From Octopus bimaculoides (Eukaryota): a stretch of DNA of 60,753 bases. This document shows, in pieces, positions 51,370 to 60,753 of this stretch. Numbering within the stretch: position 1 is the stretch's first letter; every line of letters begins with the position of its first letter. Location: the NCBI RefSeq assembly GCF_001194135.2, contig NC_068982.1, positions 30,477,782-30,538,534 on the forward strand. The letters run 5' to 3'. The notes under the pieces are model-generated. The model made no database searches. It saw nothing but the letters and a program-made list of their open reading frames with translations, and was not told the origin of the DNA. The position numbers were made by a program, and so were the translations under genes.

Positions 51370-51830
51370 ACCTTATAGTATGGTGTGAAAGAAAGAAAAT
51401 GGTAAATCTAGTCAAGTTAATGGTTCCTTATGAAGATAACATGAATGCCACTTTAGATTGACCATTTTGAAAACCTCCTTGAAGAATGTGAAGATGCAGG
51501 CTGGATACCAGAGCATTTTCCAATCAAAGTCAGATGTAGAGGATTCGTTGGACACAATTTAAGGCAACTGTTGTTATCGTTAGGATTAACTCATTGTAAA
51601 GCAAATACCACCAAGAGTGATATCCAAACTAGTGGAAAAGGCAAACCACTGGATTTGGTTAAAAAGCGATGATAAACAATGGCTGGATTGAGCGAAACCT
51701 GATAACCAGTTGATTTTGCAAGCGGGGCCTCATTTCAGTGAGGTGGGGAAGGCAATGATGCCACCGAGAGGTAAGCCCTGAAATGGTGCACATTCTCTCC
51801 TGATGACCCCATAAACTTGCTAGTGTAACT
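51370..51830 (+). mobile_element. RLE-type non-LTR retrotransposon 3' end (HERO-like)
   Basis: LIVWCERKKMVNLVKLMVPYEDNM / FENLLEECEDAGWIPEHFPIKVRCRGFVG / VEKANHWIWLKSDDKQW match the degenerate ELTVPWE, PxEVGCRGF and ASxWLWLKR motifs of the RLE domain. Confidence 0.75.
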
Positions 51831-52499
51831 GGGATATGCCGTTAGGTGATACCAGAAGTTCCAGTCAAAATGAAGTCTATAATAAATTCAACCTGTTTTC
51901 CATATTGTGTCCCCCATTAGTAAATATTCTGTCATTCATCTTAGAACTCCTTTAGAATAATAAATCAGAAATTAACATTTATATTGCTGTTTATTATGCT
52001 GGTGTTGACCAACTGAAATCTCATTATCATTCTTGTTGCTTTAAGTTGTTGATCAAGACTTTTTATTTAATCCATTAATGGATAAAGTTTAATTTTTATT
52101 CTGCAATTAATTATAATTAGATAACAATAGCAGTAAACAGTATGGATGTTGAAGTTATAAAAGAGTGGTTGGACAATAGTTTCAATTCATGAAAAGTTAA
52201 TGCAAAGTTAAACACCCCTCTCACTCATATATATATATATANNNNNNNNNNNNNNNNNNNNNNNNNNNNNNNNNNNNNNNNNNNNNNNNNNNNNNNNNNN
52301 NNNNNNNNNNNNNNNNNNNNNNNNNNNNNNNNNNNNNNNNNNNNNNNNNNNNNNNNNNNNNNNNNNNNNNNNNNNNNNNNNNNNNNNNNNNNNNNNNNNN
52401 NNNNNNNNNNNNNNNNNNNNNNNNNNNNNNNNNNNNNNNNNNNNNNNNNNNNNNNNNNNNNNNNNNNNNNNNNNNNNNNNNNNNNNNNNNNNNNNNNNN

Positions 52500-52532
<33 letters not shown>

Positions 52533-52544
52533 GTATACATACAT

Positions 52545-52705
52545 GATAGGCTTCTTTCACCTTCCATCTACCAAATCCACTTACAAAACTTTGATCCACA
52601 TTAGTCTACTGTAGAAGACACCCAAGGTGCCATGCATGCTGGGGCTAAACCCAGAACCATATGCTTGGGAAGCAAGCTTGTTAAGCACATAGCTATGCTT
52701 GCACC
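52545..52705 (-). mobile_element. SINE family A 5' half
   Basis: Reverse complement of the family A head and body. Confidence 0.75.
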
Positions 52706-52883
52706 TTAAATACCTTGTTGTTGTCTGGTAAGACCTACAAATCATCCACACCAATTTTACCTGCATTCTTTTTATCATTTTTCTGATTTTGGCAGTTATA
52801 CCTACTTTTTCTTTAACTCTTTTATTCTGGTTTCAACCATTGGACAGTGGCCATGCTGGGGTACCACTTTGAAGGGTTTAGTT

Positions 52884-53141
52884 CAGTGGTTCTCAACCAG
52901 GGTCTGTATGGCCCTTGGGGGTCCATATAAGTTTTAGTTGTTAAAATTAAATGGCAATAAATTAATTACACTCGTATAATACACAAAATATTTTAACACA
53001 TTTTTATACAATTCCTAATAGTATTTAATTATAAAACTATAATAGGATTTTTTTTAAAAAGCATTGAATGGCTCTGAGTGCCCAGTAGAGTAAACTAGGA
53101 ATTAAAGGTGTCCATAAGGGGAAAATGATTGAGAACCTCTG
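52884..53141. mobile_element. hAT MITE nested in a reverse SINE tail (about 52812-53230)
   Basis: TIR CAGTGGTTCTCAACC / GATTGAGAACCTCTG; TSD GTTTAGTT / ATTTAGTT; the SINE tail continues on both sides. Confidence 0.85.
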
Positions 53142-53269
53142 ATTTAGTTGATCAGATTTGACTCCAGTACTTGTTTTAAAAATTTGGTACTTATTGTGTC
53201 AACTCTACTTTGTCAAAACCACTAAATTACAGGAATTCTAGAAGTTTCCTTCCTTCCCTCCCTAACAAA

Positions 53270-53470
53270 ATATTGGTGTCGAATTTTAACACAAGGCCAA
53301 CAACTTCAGGAGAGAAGGCAAGTCAATTACACTGACCCCAGTACTCAGTTGGTACTTATTTTATCGACCCCAAAAAGATGAAAGGCAAAGTTAACCTCGA
53401 TGGAATTTGAACGCAGATTGTAAAGACAGATAAAACGTCACTGTGTTAACGACTCCGCCCACTTGCCACC
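53270..53470 (-). mobile_element. SINE family B
   Basis: GGTACTTATTTTATCGACCCC...GGAATTTGAAC. Confidence 0.75.
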
Positions 53471-55390
53471 TGTTTTCCCTTACAGAATATTAATAGAAAA
53501 AAAATGAAGAAAGGAATTCTATTGCTGAATGGTCATTTAACTGTCATGAAGTTCATTCATTCAGAAAAATTAGGAATTTTTAAGAACCATATGGTAGTTG
53601 TGCCTGTTTTCTCATGTTTTAAAAATAATACTCAATCACAGCTTTAACGGAACAAACAAACTGTTCTAAAATTCTTCTTTCAGTCAAAAAACAAAAAATA
53701 TATATATATAAAAGGGAACAATAATAAATGGTAACCACTTCGAATTTAGAGTTTCAGAAGTTGTTTTATGGTTTTGTTATTTCAGTTTTATTCATTTATT
53801 GCAATTCTATTTTATTCTCTTATTGAACTTTGCGTTATTCCATTTCATGTAGTTGAAATAACTATGAACTTTATTATTTCTCCATTTCTCCGTCTCTTAC
53901 CCTCCGTCTCTTTCTTCTTTCCCCCAGTAAGATTAGAAACCATAGCCAGAAGATTGCTAACGTTGTGCTACACAACATGATATAACAATATCAGGTTTTA
54001 TTTTATTGATATTTTTTTTATTCGCTATAGTTATTTTGTCGTTGCTTTTTTCAATGTGTTCACCACAATTTTATCTCTTTTCTGCATCGATTTGCTGTTA
54101 CGATGCTCTGCTAATGATTTTTAATGGAGTCGGTTTTTCAATTTGGATCTTACACTTATTTCTTTCAAAACCCTATGCAACATTTCTAGGTTTTTTTATT
54201 TATTTATTATCTAATTTATGTTTCTTTTTCTTTTTGTTTTCAAATACTTTGTGTGTGTGTGTGTGTGTGTGTGTTTTTACTTCAAATTATATTCGTTTTC
54301 ATATTGTTGTTCTTATTTTCTTTCACTCTTTTTCTTTTTGATTCCATATTAGTTTCTTGACGTATTCTCTTAATTCAAAATTGAAGATAACAAAACTATT
54401 AATACAGGCACAGCTTTCTCTATTTCTTCAATAATCTTTGTCTCTTTTAATAATCAGGATTTGTTTACAATTTTTCAAGAAAGATATCTACCTAACCACT
54501 TCTCTCTCACTCTCTTTTACTCTCTTTCATTCTCTCCCCCCCCCCTCTCTCTCTCTCTCCTACTCACCTTCTTCCTCCCCGCTCTTTATTTCCAAATCTA
54601 TTGTTTCCTTAAGAGCTAAAAGATTGCATGTTTTGAAAAATTATACAAATTGTAATTTTTCCTGTATTTCTTCCAGAAAATTAAGTAAAATCATAAGATC
54701 TGCTAAGATTTTCACCAATTTAAAATCGAAATATTTGCATAAATCTGTAAACATTGTTCATCAGTTTCATGATGATGTTGATTATGATGATGATGATGCA
54801 TTTATTTGCAATACTTTCATCGTAGTCTTTTTTTTACTGATGCATGCATTTGTAGCTATTTTACCGTTATTTCTACTCATTTCTAGTGCTTTATTATCGT
54901 CCTGTGTGTTTTTTTTTCTTCCCTTCTTTTATTCTTTTATAGCTTTTTCCTGAGATGTGGCATTAATTTTACCATTTCATCATTTCTATTTCTTGTATTT
55001 CCTTTCTTTTTTTTTTTTTTAAGTAGGCACCCATTTTAATTTCTTAAATAACAATTTAATTTTTAGAGTTGTTTGAGATGTATAAACTTTACATATTTTT
55101 CCATAGGAGGAGGGAAGAGAAATGTACATTAGAGTAAGGAAATTGCTCACTTTATCATCATCGTCGACATCATATTATTATTAATTTTTAAAGAAATCAT
55201 TATCATTATTATTATTATTATCATCATCATCATCATTATTATTATTATTATTTATCTGCAATAATACCATACATATATTACAGTTATTGTTAGCCATCAG
55301 TGTTACTGTAATTTATGCTGTTGGTAAGTGGATTTGCTTTAAAAACCAGTATCGTGAGTTCAATGTCTGATGCATTTGATATTTTCTATC

Positions 55391-55425
<35 letters not shown>

Positions 55426-56538
55426 CCTCCTTGAAACGTTTCTGGTGAAATTACAGGCATCTTGAAATCCTACTGTACAGCATCTTGGGTATTCTCTAAA
55501 CTGACCAGTGCCTTAATTAATTTGATAGATGAAAACTGCGGAAGTCTATTGTGCGTGTGTGGGTATGTGTGTACATCTTTGTTTGAGCTCATCTCTCACT
55601 GCTTGACAGCTGCAGTTGGTTTGTTTACATCCCCATAACTCAGCAGTTTGGCATAAGAGAAGAACGAGATAGAGAGACAGTCAGAGTGAAAGAGAGAGAG
55701 AGAGAAATAGATGGTACTGGATATGCATTAGTACCTACCCACAGGAAACAATAGAAGGGAGTGGATATAAATGGTACAGAGGGGGATAGAGGGAGGTGTT
55801 TCATGAGAAGGTCAGGGGGAATGTTTAGAGATGACTGTAGCAAGTGTTGGTGAGAAAAATTGGAGTAGCAGGATGGGGCGTATGGTAGATATGTGAGGGC
55901 ATGGAGAGTGTGTGGATAGACACATGAGGGATAGCAGAAGGGTCTGTATATATATATATATATNNNNNNNNNNNNNNNNNNNNNNNNNNNNNNNNNNNNN
56001 NNNNNNNNNNNNNNNNNNNNNNNNNNNNNNNNNNNNNNNNNNNNNNNNNNNNNNNNNNNNNNNNNNNNNNNNNNNNNNNNNNNNNNNNNNNNNNNNNNNN
56101 NNNNNNNNNNNNNNNNNNNNNNNNNNNNNNNNNNNNNNNNNNNNNNNNNNNNNNNNNNNNNNNNNNNNNNNNNNNNNNNNNNNNNNNNNNNNNNNNNNNN
56201 NNNNNNNNNNNNNNNNNNNNNNNNNNNNNNNNNNNNNNNNNNNNNNNNNNNNNNNNNNNNNNNNNNNNNNNNNNNNNNNNNNNNNNNNNNNNNNNNNNNN
56301 NNNNNNNNNNNNNNNNNNNNNNNNNNNNNNNNNNNNNNNNNNNNNNNNNNNNNNNNNNNNNNNNNNNNNNNNNNNNNNNNNNNNNNNNNNNNNNNNNNNN
56401 NNNNNNNNNNNNNNNNNNNNNNNNNNNNNNNNNNNNNNNNNNNNNNNNNNNNNNNNNNNNNNNNNNACCGGAGTAAGCACGTAAATGTGCAACAAGGTGG
56501 AAAAAAGAGTACTCAAATACCAGAGGTAGAGTAATATG

Positions 56539-56656
56539 CTTTATTTAAAAGCAGCAGAAATATAACAAAAGACTGTTACTCGGAGTTTCACGTTCCCGTT
56601 CATCGGAAACTCCGAGTAACAGTCTTTTGTTATATTTCTGCTGCTTTTAAATAAAG
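56539..56656. repeat. Perfect 51-bp palindrome with a 16-nt loop
   Basis: 56539-56589 is the exact reverse complement of 56606-56656. Confidence 0.95.
56568..56606 (-). ncRNA. Minimal hammerhead-ribozyme-like core (Penelope-type), probably incomplete
   Basis: CCGAUGA-ACG(GGAA)CGU-GAAAC-UCCGA-GUA|ACAGUC. The stem I partner is missing in cis. Confidence 0.5.
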
Positions 56657-56940
56657 TATATATATATTTATTAAAAATGCTCCATATCTTAGAGAGTGCT
56701 TCTTCTCCGGATTTATGCTTTTGATAAACGATATATATATAAGAATTTCAAAATATAAAAATAACAAAACAGCAAAAAGTCAAAAGGGCATACAGATGGA
56801 ATACATTAGGTTGATGCTCAGTACAAAATTTAAAAAATGGGTGTATAATGATTCGAGCAAGGCTCCTCAGCAGAAAGACAAGAGAAGAAAGGTCCAGAGA
56901 GAAGAAAAAAACGTCCAAGAAAAGTATATTTGGTTACATG

Positions 56941-56973
<33 letters not shown>

Positions 56974-57794
56974 CATACATACCAGCAACAGTTGAGGACT
57001 TAATCTTGTGAAGGACTGGTGTTCCATTCACCTGGAAGTCAGTTACGATAATTCATCATAGCATGCGGGAAAAACACTTGCAGCCACCTTGATGCTTTGA
57101 TGCTAGTGTACATTGACTTGGCCTCCAGTAACTTTAGATTTCAAATTCTTGCATTGCTCTAAACACCTTAAACAATCATGTGACATAATCATAGTCTTTC
57201 GTTGATGATTTAAGTTGATGTTTTGTAAATCTTGCCAAACGTTGTTTCTAACCAATCAGAAACCATTGGGTTTGAGATATCTGTTTTAGCTACTCTCATT
57301 CTTCAAAAAAGTTAATGTGTTCATGGAGCATTAGTGAGAGATGAAAGAACACAATACAATACAGGCAGGAGAAACCTCTTTCCAGTTTCCTTTATAAATC
57401 ATTTACAGACAGACTTGTTAAAGAACCTCGTTCATTCCTGCAGTAACTTTGGCTTCATTTTAATAACGAAGTACTATACAACCAATGTCAGAATCATGCA
57501 CATACACTTTCTTATTGACATTGTCAATGCAACGACTTACTTCATTCAGTATGATCTGGAGTTAATTCAGCTTTAATCTTTGGAAATGTAATTTTTGCTG
57601 TATTTTCCTGACATATGTGTGTTACTAACTGTGCAGTCTATGGTAAAGTAGTTCTCTTGAATTAAATATTTCGAAAGGATCCTCTCTCTCTGTCTCTCTG
57701 TCTCTCTCTCTCCTACCTGATAAGACACCTTCTTCTCACTCTCTGCAACCATATTAGCATTTGCTCTGGCTTCATGTGTGTGTGTGTATGTATG

Positions 57795-57827
<33 letters not shown>

Positions 57828-58013
57828 NNNNNNNNNNNNNNNNNNNNNNNNNNNNNNNNNNNNNNNNNNNNNNNNNNNNNNNNNNNNNNNNNNNNNNNNN
57901 NNNNNNNNNNNNNNNNNNNNNNNNNNNNNNNNNNNNNNNNNNNNNNNNNNNNNNNNNNNNNNNNNNNNNNNNNNNNNNNNNNNNNNNNNNNNNNNNNNNN
58001 NNNNNNNNNNNNN

Positions 58014-58045
<32 letters not shown>

Positions 58046-58568
58046 TTATTATTTCACTTAATCATAGTGATACTAATAACCTGGTGTTAGAACTCAGTAT
58101 ACATATAGTTCAGAATGAAGCATCTGTTGAGTTAAGAGCAGTAATAAAGAATTAAAACAACAAGGGAACAAGAAATTCTGTCATGAATTTCATTAGCTTA
58201 CAGCTGTTTCTGCTGTAAGATGCAATACACTCATAGTTGAGTGCTTGTGTATTACTCTATAGCTTCATCAAAGCTTCAAAAATGAAGTATACTTCATTTC
58301 CCTTGTCATTTTAGTTTCATTTTTAGATAACATTCATGCTAAGTGTAAAGCTCTGCACATTACCAGAATTTCTGAATCAGGCTGGATGGAACAACCCACT
58401 CCAAATCTTTGTTATAATAGCAGTGTGAATGGATTTAAGACCGGCTAACTTGTACGGTACATAGCCATATGATGTGTAAAAGTGGAGTTAAGCCAAATAA
58501 TGATATTTTCAATGCATTTAAAATGTATATTGTCATGCAATTTAAATCACACTATAGCTGAAGGTATC

Positions 58569-58601
<33 letters not shown>

Positions 58602-59269
58602 ATACACACATGCACGCATATATAGTCTGAATTAGATTGCATGGCACATATATAGTATTTAGAACCCTGTGTTCATTTCTATACATCAAAAAAGATAGCT
58701 GCAAGAACTGTTATTGTCTAATGCAGATCTTTCACTGCTCTACATTGTTTGAAAGATCACTGAGTACAAACCGCCAAAAAATTACACATAAAAAAAATAA
58801 AAACAAAAATCACACAATATTATTAATCTCTTCTGTTTTGTCTATTAAATATGTGTGTGCCTGTGTATACATGATTATATAAGATATAATAGTGATGTGT
58901 ATGTATATATATATGTATGTATATATAAATTGTATGTATGTGTGTATGAGATCATTTAAGAAGTAGACATTTTCAAGAATAAATTTTACTGCACCAATGA
59001 TAATATAAAAAAATCACAACTCCAGGCATGAAGCTATTACAGAACTCTTCAGCCAATAGGCTGACAACTCATTTATTCAGCCAGTGTGACACTTTTTACT
59101 CTTTCAATACATATTTTGGCACCTGTTAAAGTCTAAGAGAATCAGTAGTCACACACACGTGCATATATACATTATGGTTTTACGTCACCATCCTAACCAG
59201 CACTTGACATCTCTTTGCTGATATCATGTCACACAAAAGTAATAGTCTTGTAGCTGTATCTAGTCAAGT

Positions 59270-59540
59270 ATAGTGGAACCTTGGTTTACCAATTTAATTC
59301 ATTCCTGAATGCTGTTTGTCACCCAAAATGTTTGTGAACCAAAACTATTTTTCCCATCGGAAATTCAAGAGAAAGCATGGTGAATTCAAGCCAGAAGATG
59401 CACTGAGTGAAAGCTAGACAGCAACTGATGTTTTTCCGCTGATATTCCCAGCTTGTTGCCAACTGATGTTGCTGGCTTGTGTGTTCATTGCTTGAGACTC
59501 TGTTCATCACCTGAGGCATTTTATGCTAAAATATTGTTTG
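59270..59540. mobile_element. Tigger/pogo-like DNA transposon remnant
   Basis: TA|TAGTGGAACCTTGGTTTAC terminus and a TTTTCCCATCGGAAAT subterminal motif. Confidence 0.5.
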
Positions 59541-59619
59541 TAATATGATTTTGTGATGAGAGGCATTCAGAAACCTAAGTTCTGCTGTATGTCATGATTA
59601 ATATTATGATGTGTTTTAG

Positions 59620-60095
59620 TATGCCAGGCAAAATCCTTAGTAGTATTTTGTCTGCCATTACGTTCAGAGTTCGAATTCCACCAAGGTCAACTTTGCCTTT
59701 CATCCTTTCAGGGTCAATTAAATAAGTACCAGTTATGCACTGGAGTCGATGTAATTGACTTAATCACTTTGTCTGTCTTTGTTTGTCCCCTCTATGTTTA
59801 TCCCTCTGTGGGCAATAAAGAAATAAATATTATGATTTGTTGATTTTAACTCATCCATTTTAATAGTGAAGGCAGTATTTCGTCTGCTGTTGCGTTCTGA
59901 GTTCAAATTCCACCAAGGTCAACTTTGCCTTTCATCCTTTCAGGGTCAATTAAATAAGTACCAGTTATGTACTGGGGTCGATGTAATCACATTGTCTGTC
60001 TTTGTTTGTCCCCTCTATGTTTATCCCCCCTGTGGGCAATAAAGAAATAAATATTGTGATTTGTTGATTTTAACTCATCCGTTTTAATAGTGAAG
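59620..60095 (+). repeat. About 232-bp tandem duplication of a SINE B 3' part plus its flank
   Basis: About 59640-59871 is repeated at about 59872-60095, including the non-SINE flank ending TTTTAATAGTGAAGG. Confidence 0.85.
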
Positions 60096-60185
60096 GTGCA
60101 TGACTCAGTGGTTAGAATGTCAGGCTCACAATCATGAGGTAGTGAGTTTGATTCCTAGACCAGGCTGTGTGTTGTGTTCTTGAGC
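60090..60185 (+). mobile_element. SINE family C 5' part
   Basis: GTGAAGGTGCATGACTCAGTGGTTAGAATG...GTGTTGTGTTCTTGAGCAA. A more decayed copy is at about 60350-60600. Confidence 0.75.
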
Positions 60186-60753
60186 AATTTGATTTGAGAC
60201 CACATGTTGTAAGTAAAACAATTATAGCTTAGAAGACACAGATTAGCCATTCAAAAAAACACACAAAAATTCCTAACTTCATATAAACATTTATTATTTG
60301 TTGTCAAAATCTTCATTGCACCAATTGAAGCCTGGCCACTGACAGGATATCAAGGTGCATAGCCTAGTGCTTATAGCGTTGGGCTAACAATCATAAAGTT
60401 GTGGGTTTAATTCTGAGACTGCACAGCATTATGTATCTTTGAGCAATGCACTCCATTTCACATTTCTCCAAGTGACTCTTGAGAAAGAGAGAGCTGCACC
60501 AAGTAACTGGTGTGGTCCTCTCTTCATGCAACCATCATTTCCTCAATGTTTTGCTAGCTCAAGGCTGGGAGGCCCAATAGGATATGTATTCGCTTATAAC
60601 TACACAAGCAGCTAAAACAATTAGTAGAAGTAGGGTGTATGCTGTCAAGTTATATTTCCTTACAGGTGACAGCTATACTTAATACATGCACACACACACA
60701 CACTCACATATATATATATATATAAAGAGAGAGAGATACATTATATATATATA

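Overview
AT-rich eukaryotic DNA, almost all intronic or intergenic and very repeat-dense, with about ten N-gaps, most flanked by (TA)n tracts. The tRNA-headed SINE families, RTE LINE fragments and microsatellite load point to an octopus genome (inference from remembered repeat sequences; no search was run). The window is dominated by three SINE families, (GAT)n-tailed RTE-like short elements and decayed LINEs (RTE, a HERO-like RLE element). It also holds a Helitron remnant, Tc1/mariner, hAT and piggyBac-like elements, and two GGATC-terminated TIR elements with 8-bp TSDs. One short + strand coding exon is well supported (35089-35177) and three weaker upstream candidates exist; I cannot name the gene. 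No prokaryotic system, CRISPR array, rRNA or true tRNA gene is visible. The most notable structures are a 600-bp chimeric fold-back (13006-13605), a perfect 51-bp palindrome centred on a hammerhead-ribozyme-like core (56539-56656), other hammerhead-like variants, and three DNA transposons inserted at nearly the same site of a SINE tail. TSD/TIR-bounded elements, the two hairpins and the exon candidates were indexed base by base; SINE and LINE edges are approximate.
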